In this document: piece after piece, positions 27,401 through 34,592 of the stretch
Position numbering within the stretch: position 1 is the stretch's first letter
Layout: each line of letters opens with the position of its first letter
Virus record (IMG/VR): IMGVR_UViG_3300027913_000117
Span: 5,750-69,749 of that record
Source: a virus
Lineage: Duplodnaviria > Caudoviricetes
DNA: 64,000 bases
Strand: one strand, 5' to 3'
The notes under the pieces: generated by a model
What the model was told of the DNA's origin: nothing
Databases searched by the model: none
Seen by the model: the letters and a program-made list of their open reading frames with translations, nothing else
Translations under genes and position numbers: made by a program

Positions 27401-28285
27401 TTTATGAACAAAGTGAAAGAAAAAGCACCTTGGATGACCGATGCAGAAGACTACATGCCACAGTATGATATATTCGGAAAACCAGTTAGACAAACAGGTA
27501 ATACATTGGATCCAATAGGTAACTTGTTTGGCTTGACACCAATAAGACGTAAACCAGGCTTAGATCCCGATTCTTATATCTTCCAACATCAGTTGGCTGT
27601 TCAAGAAAAGGCAGCTAGTCCTGAAAAAGAACTAACATGGAATGATTTGGTATTTATGCTTTTCTCTACCGGATACAATAAAGACGTTATTCCTTCAGAT
27701 GTTCCTAAGAGTGTAACTAACGACATAGGAATCAAAGTTAGCCTTACAGAAGAACAACGTAACAGATTCCGTCAAGAAAGAAGCGCATTGAGAGATCCCT
27801 TGGTTAAATCGATAATTCAAGAATCAAACACCGAACTTAAAAAGATGTTAGATTTGAGTAGTGAATACAACATGAGCGAAGACGGAACACCAATAAGGTA
27901 TGGAAAAAATCGACAAATGTTGGGTCATTACTTGCAGGCTGAGATTTTGAAAAGTATGTACACAAGTGTTGATCAATTAATCAACAGCACATTGGGTCCA
28001 CAGTTTTTGAGAGAGGGGTACGAAAAGTTGACACCAGAAGAAAAGAAATACATCGACGAGGTTGTTACTAAAGAAAACATACTCGGTGGAATGTTCAAAG
28101 AGATAGAACAAAACGACGAACTCCTACAGAAACTTAGAGAAGTAGGTAAGGATTTGAGAATAATCTTTGGAGATATGTATGACAAAGGAACTAACTACCA
28201 ACCACAAGGAATAGACGATGGACCAGGTATCGAAGGAGAAGGAGGAATAGACAGCGGACCGGGTATCGAAGGCGACGGATTCTAA
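18497..28285 (+). CDS. giant polyvalent ejection protein (LPD23-like, ART-PolyVal-like ADP-ribosyltransferase and zincin metallopeptidase domains)
   Basis: 3262 aa; GWYKSAAGMWMYE...FFEFFPGL (LPD23-like); FGDSKVVDKEGNPMIVYRGT...FYTD...YVKIENP (ART-like); PIHEMAH...EAFARGFE (HExxH+E). Confidence 0.7.
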   Translation: MAEDFDFNNLGTQPKPKPVLNYQNLYDALKGKSFPTAQEGIKFGNSFITTPKDLETFLSNDKNQQKFYEAFQSNPKFKSFGLTDASQFKSKIDKSNGFAWMPATAKPESSIGLPEFDPQEVKSRVDNGFAKIAARGLNVTPSGVELTTPEQFKEFTLVGAEEYDQWKKQNEGKLAQSGINPFAWDRDLTQYNPTSEEIFQKQTEEEAQRLITDKNAQAVNTIIADLGIKPENIGEIADEQFKDPNYSFKVKTEAYGFESEAAVKVENIFTTLTQLGYNEEEAYDFINNQRDKYRQTKFKQLDLQKNQESVKTQSQATQLKGINVYQLDMDQKGFNMLNDKQKAVANEYSKLDDLNLQLRRIQSRKGNAFEAQPEVEKLNSEIKATQERIKTLQVEADAAPVTLYDPIQRLPVEPQIAAQAIAKANQKYNESYYQNNLLGNIKQDRNTLLLETEELRQTIIAQSKKIEDATSRGIQISPREQISLSANSKLYNDKVAELFVLNKAIYTNSNPLKRENANFTGGVEQYVKQSTFGGLSQNTLGLLSSEEANIMAGKMKSYGFNVSAKDLEAGKMGAFESFGFSLIPMLGTMAEMAVYQAMGNVASEAVAGTRLVTGAREFLKSTYGTNSLRVKAFDIFLKESLTAGTQIGSYVLADQSVAGAAGEIYSERAFEKVAAKQQLEKLAKGGKGRILYVVGKYLSGAGGETLSETAGTIADEFANNGYDIRAAFDLATEEGQLGTVALASLFLTAPGDIKLLMKTQTKFNEYLIKKAGVDVDPAIIEMKREIDAAIDNYSNAQTTPTEPVPVADALGEIQPVPMGEGPIEAPEVAGASEQQIPQEKVEQTKQEEKLEVEKRVANLGEVFHVVENDGEVEKQVTYRYDPETGKLQSKGYTDFNDKFTDVNEELKSQVEQKMKENGMLSASKALEIARKNLNIDDDSQLIWKDGKLLYSNDGARRVTEKGAESTRNVVKTAFEKVKQKRAKIDETVFKDTDKIDTNDSGFNVMVGAIRRAFGGKLRLDYGSFFFNGAKINTDGQRGVPRLSNYMAPIIEAFTKIGNGASRVNTVVANIINSEYFKNSFTPEDMVALQQGGLVNDAAMNLLSNLLINEDAVLSEVFNEDPTMIRDFKALREQLNAYAGKEFVGTEGKNLTYAYYNTRISETRSNLTEGELQKTGKEFAVAQEEKRQIQNIAMSARGEEYSPEEVAAIRFSEGKINAKEFLDIVKEDTTGLTEQEVENKANAKAAVLNVAQDFETYKSRKESLAKSRKARISKIKKMALDNVFDFQVFGVKPQTILGRAVAPIVKGRKLRQQKDYAAKLMNTQLEFLAMRAGFDDVELEQFIDTMLTFEKIDEQAILQVASNIISSKSGRVAFSREMSNDPSFQSDKGFGRKYLAKFDEDNGVDPTMSYFLRGWYKSAAGMWMYEQGHPDKIMTKEGVSPSNGQVMDLKDLIDSDKFFEFFPGLQNLKIKFEVAEGNPNTAEMQGSTLRVILPSNYTNEMLISTVMSEVRDIAAREAGLPSQPIVKTSQEIFDDFLNLPAYKDTPRAEKLRKAIDDFKTLDQSAMEGVNGLVIEVILDPNYKVTSEAAEYRKELLSDPEMRAMLNDLAVKYKQKEFKQQFMSDVGFKADPVGKSIDNDYLTIATKLFRKFPNLDPESSVMELITSLQDNDKNFKTDVLGLLDVYLKGSTISEVQKVKIQEFMDRVIYELKTGANTLTDIGLIDLMNDVSDPAFKILATELSDLEFGSVYLSTTATNTSIAFALLFGEGLSSELENGENAMFNTMQDVSVENKINRIIESQPGEVVKELNRIPEEVQAKAEQMRKELGRNMELAQDPTSEEFKKAFGDSKVVDKEGNPMIVYRGTSDVYGLENDRIFYTDKPIKAFSYVSQRERKKGTSIRNAYVKIENPIVIDAGGVNWNELKIDGVYYNTDRVYEVISQFNQGKLPDQLNASSVNPFVNPLYKMVDEHARTTGKNPDGIIFKNIKDFGPGRLNNYVPASINDTKFSGNVYVPLSNEQVFVKDNTLFSQDSVIRAAINLKEDGSAIIYAVTDPNVSSPIHEMAHLLENYLTDAEKQAVMDFAGESEWNTNTSEAFARGFERFLYEGQSPNKQMSRVFEKFQQWLTEIYNALGLENLGKELNPQMTAIYKTIFGEGATQEETIQQDEDQELLDIIEAQRANGVDDESIYMGLIRAGYAPQDVTDFFNSYTKQTVAKALKKEGTSATKDMARAVEMDAVTIRRTAEEIVSILQQMDPIERQAMRAVLPDTVRFSDIALYDLIATLHDKIQSGKDGSEEFQKIMEVGTSAGRLLQRMNELKLTTGDSMVAMLMKQINSRGRKLAPRVESKLKDLGAEMDKAKQIYEQAKIDAQNSPTQLSKNDPSKTNYQYYTEAQNNYKNARFEFFKELKPHVRAESLSELYSTLVRGNLLTIGSFGINLTSNAVKSVVNIPLNFVAGGVSMVRSAIFKNTKYEKQLGDKSLSRGLGYYGAIRKSLGKATSEAVKAFKYGSVIEDANGLQVSRGFNGIRAFRDMFGMIKDFLTNKDMTQEEFAEKYKFLIKEDSGRVGTKDKILRVMEGMFGIAAELNFRALGGPDAFFKTAAYYGALFEQARIKGLSDVPEEKYGGLSELQFFIEMNSDYSNAEAMEEASKLIYANDGVLYKGLSFIISGFNRKGSSGKLNFVQKAANASFTTLLPFQKIPSNVAEEFLQFSNPAYSMMASGWFYTDSFNTAKKIKNAKIPSVKKKLIQEYRRQLRNADMSLSRAIVGGTLQTAAFAIAENFALSGSASPMAGVDDKERRWKKEFMPADHINLTLLIENMGKDNKRKEWKKTDEIRPLREFGVFGAMMSMLKTQMEKENREYSGSINMSDINLNVGKNPGVFTNFFGMFPYLLDQTMVKNIGDLFEVISSKEKVPVANFMSSYFNTVVTAFFPNHLNTLTKFGREFETAYKASPEQAESMGSSELSLELFMNKVKEKAPWMTDAEDYMPQYDIFGKPVRQTGNTLDPIGNLFGLTPIRRKPGLDPDSYIFQHQLAVQEKAASPEKELTWNDLVFMLFSTGYNKDVIPSDVPKSVTNDIGIKVSLTEEQRNRFRQERSALRDPLVKSIIQESNTELKKMLDLSSEYNMSEDGTPIRYGKNRQMLGHYLQAEILKSMYTSVDQLINSTLGPQFLREGYEKLTPEEKKYIDEVVTKENILGGMFKEIEQNDELLQKLREVGKDLRIIFGDMYDKGTNYQPQGIDDGPGIEGEGGIDSGPGIEGDGF

Positions 28286-28291
28286 TAGAGG

Positions 28292-28314
28292 GGGGACTTC
28301 GGTCCCCTTGTTTT
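28292..28314 (+). terminator. Rho-independent terminator
   Basis: GGGGAC-TTCG-GTCCCC then TTGTTTT. Confidence 0.85.
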
Positions 28315-28338
28315 ACTCGAATAAAATATTTATATTTG
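28307..28338 (+). promoter_or_regulatory. Bacteroidota promoter for tail-fibre block
   Basis: cTTG-N20-TATATTTG(28331-8). Confidence 0.7.
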
Positions 28339-28342
28339 TACT

Positions 28343-28882
28343 ATGGCATTATCAGTTAACCCTCAGTTGGAAATAATCAATACGAACGACACAATTTACC
28401 TTGTTGACGTTACTGGAGATTATAATGCGGTGACAAACCCATTTGGCTGGGGGTCTCCGAACGAAAGTAGAGCCTCGTTAACAGCAATAACAGCGGCAGT
28501 CGAATATCCGGACGGACAGACAGCTTCTTTGACATTAACCGGAACCACATTTGACGACGATACATCAAGAGCCTATAATGCTTCTTCTTTACAAAAGCAG
28601 GACGGAGTTTATAAATTCGACGTTACATATACTATTAGTATAAATTCTGAGACCATAACTAGTCGGGGTCTCAGAGACAACACCGTTAAATGTCAACTAA
28701 GAGCATTAGCACTAGGAGATACTAAGACAAATGATTACTCAGAAGCAAAAATGTTATATGATAAAATGCATACAGCGTTTGAATGCGGAGAGTGGACTTT
28801 GACAAAGGAGATTTTAACTGAGTTACAACTCTTCTTTGATGATTGTGGATACACTAAAGTAAGGTGCGGTTGTGGGTGCTAG
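28343..28882 (+). CDS. putative tail-associated protein, C-terminal CGCGC
   Basis: 179 aa ORF, own promoter. Confidence 0.6.
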   Translation: MALSVNPQLEIINTNDTIYLVDVTGDYNAVTNPFGWGSPNESRASLTAITAAVEYPDGQTASLTLTGTTFDDDTSRAYNASSLQKQDGVYKFDVTYTISINSETITSRGLRDNTVKCQLRALALGDTKTNDYSEAKMLYDKMHTAFECGEWTLTKEILTELQLFFDDCGYTKVRCGCGC

Positions 28883-29279
28883 TTATAATCAAAACGATTT
28901 CGTAAAGACTTATTTAACTCTTCGTGAGTTTGTAGCCTCTCAGGAGCAGAGTAGAATCAATGCTGCCAAATATGACGAGCCCTGTCACAGCTACGATGAA
29001 AATATCCAATTAGCTTTGTTCTTTTTGTCGTGTCTTGGGGACATGGAGTGCTACACCTTAGAGGAAAAGTATAAGTTAATCTCAAAGGCTAACAGACTTT
29101 CTAAAAACTGTACAGCATGTCCCGGTGTAACCGACGCAGAGATCGACGCGTTTATGCTGACAGACGAAGGACGCTACTTGTTGTGGCAAGCAGATCTTCC
29201 AGAAGGATCTCTCTTGTTTGACGATTTGACATTCCTTGTTTATTATGACAATGGAAAACCAGTATTAATAACTATTTAA
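28872..29279 (+). CDS. hypothetical protein, Cys-containing (135 aa)
   Basis: GTG start overlapping previous stop. Confidence 0.6.
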   Translation: MGASYNQNDFVKTYLTLREFVASQEQSRINAAKYDEPCHSYDENIQLALFFLSCLGDMECYTLEEKYKLISKANRLSKNCTACPGVTDAEIDAFMLTDEGRYLLWQADLPEGSLLFDDLTFLVYYDNGKPVLITI

Positions 29280-29280
29280 A

Positions 29281-30207
29281 ATGACTACGTTTAATAAAAA
29301 TATTTCAGACCTTTCGGCACTTCCTTCTTTGGATTCAGCAGCCGACAAAATTGTTGTGATTGACGCTACGGACAGTAAACCTAAATTAATTACACCGAAC
29401 GATTACAATACTGCAGCAGGTATCTCCCTTAAAGAAGATAGTGCAAATAAGTCTACAGATTTAGTGGGGGACTCAGCATCAAATGTCAAGTTCCCTACAG
29501 TAAAGGCTGTATATGATTACATCGTATCTGGCTTGGCTTTAAAGGAGAACACAGCAAACAAGTCTACAAATGTAACTACCGATATTTTATCGGATGTTAA
29601 GTTCCCGACCACAAAAGCTGTGGCTACATATGTTACCGGAATTGCTGCAGGAAAAGAAAACTCACTAGGCTCTGGAACAACTGCTCAGTATTTGAGAGGA
29701 GATAAGACATTTCAAACATTAGACAAAACAGCGGTAGGACTGTCAAATGTACAGAACGTGGACCAAACTAACGCTAGTAATATTTCAAGTGGAACCTTAA
29801 ATGATGCTCGTCTTTCTGCCACAGTACTTAAGACTAGTTCTCCCGCTAACTTAAATAACCAGCCTCTTTACAATTATAAAAAGAATATATTTGCGGTCGC
29901 TGCATCCGGAACCTTTCAGGTTACTAATACTCATCATGGTTCTGCCATTGTTGTTGGTCATCCTAGTGGAACTGCTAGTATTACATTTACAGCAACGGTA
30001 GAAGCCGGAGCAGAGTTTGATATTTGGATTAATACAACACAGAGTGTTGACTTTAGTTGTGTTCCGGGTATGACAGTTTATATTTCAAATGGTGCAAGTG
30101 TTACTAGTCCATCTTCTTATAATATCCCAACACCACAGAGAGGTAAGAAGATTAAAGCATTCTGTCCAGTTGCAAACGTGATTTTATTAAGTGGAGATGT
30201 AATCTAA
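29281..30207 (+). CDS. tail fibre-like protein with internal repeat
   Basis: 308 aa; duplicated LKE(D/N)xANKST...S.VKFPT.KAV unit and VGLSNVQNV segment seen in fibre shafts. Confidence 0.6.
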   Translation: MTTFNKNISDLSALPSLDSAADKIVVIDATDSKPKLITPNDYNTAAGISLKEDSANKSTDLVGDSASNVKFPTVKAVYDYIVSGLALKENTANKSTNVTTDILSDVKFPTTKAVATYVTGIAAGKENSLGSGTTAQYLRGDKTFQTLDKTAVGLSNVQNVDQTNASNISSGTLNDARLSATVLKTSSPANLNNQPLYNYKKNIFAVAASGTFQVTNTHHGSAIVVGHPSGTASITFTATVEAGAEFDIWINTTQSVDFSCVPGMTVYISNGASVTSPSSYNIPTPQRGKKIKAFCPVANVILLSGDVI

Positions 30208-30791
30208 TGTTTACAAGAGAGCAAGTTGAAAAAGCTGTAAAAGCCAAAGGTTATAGGTACTTCGAGAACGGAGACTATAATGTAAACGTAATCGGTATTC
30301 GTAACAGTTTACCGGGTAAAAAAGTTACAAACGTGTTTGATGATTGGATGACTATCTCATTCAAAGTCAATGGGGTATGGCAATTTTATATTTGGAGTGC
30401 TACAACCGATCCCGGCAAAGCTCCTATGCTCAAAGGAAACAATGGAACAGGTACTGCTCGAGTAGTTCCCGGTCAATACCCTGGCTCACATTTTATCCGC
30501 AAACATCAGGGTAAATACGAGGCTCTTTGTCAAAAAGGACATCTTAGATTATATCGTGATGCAAACAAGGATTTGGTTTATGATGAGACCAAGATTACAG
30601 ATAGCTACAACGACGGAATCAACATCCACAAAGCGGGTCAAGATTCTACATGGGTGGACGGATGGTCGGCTGGATGTTCCGTGTTTAAAAGAGTTAAGGA
30701 TTTTGATGAATTTATGAGAATCTGTAAGCAGGCAGCCACAATTCACGGAAACAGTTTTACATACACAATAATTGAATCTAAAGACATATAA
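30207..30791 (+). CDS. putative endolysin, YkuD/L,D-transpeptidase-like fold
   Basis: GINIHKAG...WSAGC His/Cys catalytic pattern, 194 aa. Confidence 0.6.
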   Translation: MFTREQVEKAVKAKGYRYFENGDYNVNVIGIRNSLPGKKVTNVFDDWMTISFKVNGVWQFYIWSATTDPGKAPMLKGNNGTGTARVVPGQYPGSHFIRKHQGKYEALCQKGHLRLYRDANKDLVYDETKITDSYNDGINIHKAGQDSTWVDGWSAGCSVFKRVKDFDEFMRICKQAATIHGNSFTYTIIESKDI

Positions 30792-32983
30792 TGGCATTTG
30801 AAGTAACCATACAGCAGATATTGTCTCAAGCCAATGAGCTCAAGCGGTTGTATGGTATTACCAAGAATCAAGATTTTAAGGATCAAGAGAATCGATTAAG
30901 AAAAATAGCAATCGATCTACAGACTCTTGAAAACTTTGGGGGGACTCCGAACCTACAAGAAGTTACAGATCAGGGATCAATAACAACAGACGCAATAGAC
31001 ACAGGAGGAATAACATCAGACTACTTTCAGGCAGACACAACTGCTACTCCAACATTAACTCCAGGAAGAATGGCTTGGAACGAAGTAGATGGAACAATGG
31101 ACCTTCGTTTAAAAGGAAACAATGTAACTCTCCAGTTAGGCCAAGAAACGGTGGTTCGTGTAGTAAATAAAACCGGAGCCGATCTTTTGGAATCTGAATA
31201 TAACGTTGTCAGAGTAAGAATAGCATCAGAGGGCGGAGCACAAGGTCAAAGACTAGCTGTAGTATTGGCTCAAGGTGATAGTGATCCGGACTCTGTTACT
31301 ACATTGGGGATTGTAACTGAAAACATCAATAACAACCAAGAGGGTTTTATAACGGTATTCGGTAACGTATCCGGAATCAACACTACGGGTTCATTACAAG
31401 GAGAAACTTGGGTTGATGGAGATGTGTTATTTCTGAGCCCAACAACTCCTGGTAAATTAACAAAAGTTAAACCCACTGCTCCAAATCATACCGTCGTAAT
31501 GGGGTATGTAATTTATGCACACGCAAACAACGGTAAGATTTTTGTGAAGGTCGATAACGGCTACGAAATCGGAGAGTTGCATGATGTCAATACTAGTTCT
31601 CAGACAAGTGGTCAATTATTGAGATATAACGGAACAGTTTGGGAAAATTGGACCCCTACGTTCCTGACTTCCGAAACAGATACATTAAATGCGGTTTTGT
31701 CTAGAGGTAATAATAGTTCAACTTCTATTTTGTACTCAGGAAGTAGTGAAGCCATACGACCTACTGTAGATGGTGTAGGTAATTTGGGGTCAGGTAGTTA
31801 TAGATTTGGACAGTTATACGTAAGAAATATTAATTCAGGTGTAAATACTCTTGATTTATTCGGAGGTAATATAAATTTTTCCGACAACAACGGAAACTCT
31901 AGAATGAGAATTTTTGGAGGTAGTGGAAATGTATTGGTACAAACTGGAGGAACTCTGACAGATGCTGGTTACAAATTAGACATACAAGGTACTTTTAGAT
32001 CTACAGGAATTGCGTTGTTTCAGGCACTTACTCGTATCAATTACGACAATCCAGAATTACAATTAGCTGACTCAGATGCCACAAACAGGTGGGCCGGAAT
32101 TAATTTTCAAACAGCGGGAGGAAATTGGTATTTATCAAGTGGGGATAGTAAAACAGGAAGTAATGCTAATTTGTTTATAACTAGAGGTTCGGATGGACTA
32201 TCTAACAGGTTTGTATTTAATAGAGACGATTATTCTTTTGGGGTTTACGATAGTACAAATACTCTAAAGTCAAGAGTTTCTGCTTCAGGTAACAGTTACT
32301 TTGTCGGAGGAAATATAGGAATAAATAATACATCTCCCCAATTTATGTTAGATATACAAATGTCTACAGCTAGTCAAGGGCTTGTAATTAGAAGGCATAA
32401 TTTATCTAGTCAATATCTACACATACATGAAGCAGATGGCTCCTCACATAACATCGTAGCCGTTGGGGAAAAGGATTTTAACGTTATAAACCAAGCACTT
32501 AATTATGGTTTAAATTTCCAAACTTCTAGTACTAGTAGAATGTATATTACCGCTGGTGGAAATGTTCTTATTGGAACAACTACAGATTCAGGTTTTAAAC
32601 TAGATGTTCAAGGTACTATTCGTTCTATAGGAGTAATTACTGCAAGTGGTGGTACTTCTACGGATTGGAATACAGCATATTCTTGGGGCAACCACGCATC
32701 TGCTGGCTACACTCCACAATCTAGAACAATAACAATAAACGGAACAACTTTTGATCTGAGTGCAAACAGAAGTTGGACAATAGCAACAGGAGCGACAGCA
32801 TTACAAGGACTTACAGATGTAAATGCTCCAGCACCAAACAATGGAGATCTTTTGAGATTTAATGGTGCGACAAACAAATGGGAGAACTTCTCTGGATATA
32901 CTGGTACGTTCTCGGTTATGACTAATCCACCGGGCCAGCAAAACTTGAACATAGAAAACGGAATAATAACCTCAATAACATAA
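30791..32983 (+). CDS. tail fibre protein
   Basis: 730 aa; Gly/Thr-rich, repeated GNVLIGTTTDSGFKLDVQGT-type units, ELHDV/LQGLTDV shaft motifs. Confidence 0.7.
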   Translation: MAFEVTIQQILSQANELKRLYGITKNQDFKDQENRLRKIAIDLQTLENFGGTPNLQEVTDQGSITTDAIDTGGITSDYFQADTTATPTLTPGRMAWNEVDGTMDLRLKGNNVTLQLGQETVVRVVNKTGADLLESEYNVVRVRIASEGGAQGQRLAVVLAQGDSDPDSVTTLGIVTENINNNQEGFITVFGNVSGINTTGSLQGETWVDGDVLFLSPTTPGKLTKVKPTAPNHTVVMGYVIYAHANNGKIFVKVDNGYEIGELHDVNTSSQTSGQLLRYNGTVWENWTPTFLTSETDTLNAVLSRGNNSSTSILYSGSSEAIRPTVDGVGNLGSGSYRFGQLYVRNINSGVNTLDLFGGNINFSDNNGNSRMRIFGGSGNVLVQTGGTLTDAGYKLDIQGTFRSTGIALFQALTRINYDNPELQLADSDATNRWAGINFQTAGGNWYLSSGDSKTGSNANLFITRGSDGLSNRFVFNRDDYSFGVYDSTNTLKSRVSASGNSYFVGGNIGINNTSPQFMLDIQMSTASQGLVIRRHNLSSQYLHIHEADGSSHNIVAVGEKDFNVINQALNYGLNFQTSSTSRMYITAGGNVLIGTTTDSGFKLDVQGTIRSIGVITASGGTSTDWNTAYSWGNHASAGYTPQSRTITINGTTFDLSANRSWTIATGATALQGLTDVNAPAPNNGDLLRFNGATNKWENFSGYTGTFSVMTNPPGQQNLNIENGIITSIT

Positions 32984-32985
32984 TT

Positions 32986-33306
32986 ATGAAGAAAGATCCT
33001 AGATTAGAAAGAGCGGGAGTTAAGGGGTTTAATCGACCAAAATTAACTCCCAGTCATCCTACTAAAAAAGCAATTGTTGTAGCTAAAGAAGGCTCACAAA
33101 TTAAGACGATAAGGTTTGGTGATCAGAAAATGGGTCACAACTATAGTCCAGAAGCCAGGGCCTCTTTTAAAGCAAGACATGCTAAAAACATTGCTCGTGG
33201 AAAAATGAGTGCCGGGTATTGGGCCGATAAGTTTTTGTGGGCAGGATCTAAAGGTTCAAAAAAGAATCCTCCCAAGTCTCAGAAAATTGTAAAAGGTAAA
33301 AAATAA
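32986..33306 (+). CDS. small basic protein (DUF6321-like)
   Basis: KTIRFGD..M....ARASFKARH...SAGYWA motif; 106 aa, very Lys/Arg-rich. Confidence 0.6.
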   Translation: MKKDPRLERAGVKGFNRPKLTPSHPTKKAIVVAKEGSQIKTIRFGDQKMGHNYSPEARASFKARHAKNIARGKMSAGYWADKFLWAGSKGSKKNPPKSQKIVKGKK

Positions 33307-33312
33307 CCACAT

Positions 33313-33495
33313 ATGAAAAAACCATCCAAAATGACTAAAAAGACCACTAAGGGTTCAGCTAAGAAAATATCTGAATATGGTGGCATGGAAAAGTATGCAT
33401 CTAAGAAAGCCGAGATGAAACATGAAAAGAAAGAGGGTAAGAAAGTTGAGGCTAAAGAGAAGATGATGTATGCCAAAATGAAAAAGAAAAAGTAA
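33313..33495 (+). CDS. small Lys-rich protein
   Basis: 60 aa, over one third Lys. Confidence 0.6.
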   Translation: MKKPSKMTKKTTKGSAKKISEYGGMEKYASKKAEMKHEKKEGKKVEAKEKMMYAKMKKKK

Positions 33496-33872
33496 TGAGC
33501 GTAGCCAAGAAAACCAATCCTTCTCTTTGGGAAAAAGCTAAATCGCAAGCCAAGGCTAAAATGGGTGGTAAACACTCAGCAAGAGCGATGCAATTAGCGG
33601 TTAAAATCTATAAAGAGAAGGGTGGTGGCTACTCGGGTCCTAAGTCTTCATCCAACAAGCTAAAGAAGTGGGGGTCTCAGAAATGGAGAACCAGCGACGG
33701 ATCCAAATCAGAAGGAAAGAAAAGATATCTACCAGACAAGGCTTGGAAGTCTCTTTCTCCCGGAGAAAAGGCAGCAACAAATAGAGCAAAATCTGCAGGA
33801 AATGCTAAAGGAAAACAGTTCGTAGCACAACCACAGAAGATAGCTAAGAAGGTTGCAAAATTCAGAAAATAG
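33495..33872 (+). CDS. basic protein (DUF5872-like)
   Basis: SARAMQLAVKIYKEKGGGY...KWGSQKW...RYLP.KAW..LS..EKAATNRAK pattern; 125 aa. Confidence 0.65.
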   Translation: MSVAKKTNPSLWEKAKSQAKAKMGGKHSARAMQLAVKIYKEKGGGYSGPKSSSNKLKKWGSQKWRTSDGSKSEGKKRYLPDKAWKSLSPGEKAATNRAKSAGNAKGKQFVAQPQKIAKKVAKFRK

Positions 33873-33883
33873 TAGTATATTTG
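33852..33883 (+). promoter_or_regulatory. Bacteroidota promoter
   Basis: gTTG-N20-TATATTTG(33876-83). Confidence 0.65.
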
Positions 33884-33888
33884 TTATT

Positions 33889-34194
33889 ATGGAAAATATA
33901 GAATCAAAAACCTTAGACTATATTGCAGGATTCAGTCGTTCTACGGGGATTTCTGGAACAACTGCTGTTACTGGTGCGTTTCAAGGTTTCATTGTAAATA
34001 AGTCTGCGGTTATCGCTGAGGTTTTGGATGATAAAGGAAACGACATTACAAACATCTTAGGATGCGGTGGTGGATTTGAATGGGATCCTCCTGCTTATTT
34101 TTCAATAGGTAAGGGTGGTTTTATTAGCTCAATCAGATTAACATCCGGTGCAGTAATTGCTTACGGTTTTGCTGGGGGTCTCAGCACCAACTAA
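33889..34194 (+). CDS. hypothetical virion-associated protein (101 aa)
   Basis: ORF track start 33853 (TTG) lies upstream of the promoter; ATG 33889 is the likely start. Confidence 0.65.
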   Translation: MENIESKTLDYIAGFSRSTGISGTTAVTGAFQGFIVNKSAVIAEVLDDKGNDITNILGCGGGFEWDPPAYFSIGKGGFISSIRLTSGAVIAYGFAGGLSTN

Positions 34195-34208
34195 AAAAAT
34201 AAAATAAG

Positions 34209-34592
34209 ATGATAGGAATAGGGTTAGGCCTTACAACAGTAAAGATTGCTCAAGTACCATACGCCAAAAAAGTCGCAAAAGCATACGAAGCTCGTGTGTT
34301 AGCAGACGGAGGTACAGTAGAGAGTTTGCAATGTTTTACTAACTTCGCTATATCTTGGGGTGCTTCTCCTATAACTCCAGTTGCGCTATCTGCAACTACA
34401 ATTACATCAGATTCATTTGTAGCAAATTGGGAAGCCGTTGCAGGTGCTTCATATTATTTATTGGACGTTTCGTTGGATTCATCGTTTTCGTCTTTTGTTT
34501 TACAAAATCAAGTTGTTAATACTACTTCTTATACCGTAACTGGTTTGAGTTTAGGTACAACTTATTATTATAGAGTTAGAGTAGATGCTTAG
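34209..34592 (+). CDS. fibronectin type III domain protein (last strand missing)
   Basis: SFVANWEAVAGASYYLLDVS...SYTVTGLSLGTTYYYRVR FN3 signature. Confidence 0.75.
   Translation: MIGIGLGLTTVKIAQVPYAKKVAKAYEARVLADGGTVESLQCFTNFAISWGASPITPVALSATTITSDSFVANWEAVAGASYYLLDVSLDSSFSSFVLQNQVVNTTSYTVTGLSLGTTYYYRVRVDA

Noticed and set aside
18497-28285. Virion RNA polymerase as in crAss-like phages
   Set aside because: No DFDxD/DxDGD catalytic motif found in the translation; recognisable motifs are polyvalent-protein domains.
3226-33575. Numerous short minus-strand ORFs inside the structural genes (and plus-strand ORFs inside the minus-strand genes at 38700-63832)
   Set aside because: Fully nested antisense or alternate-frame ORFs with no start context or recognisable motifs; expected by chance opposite long genes.
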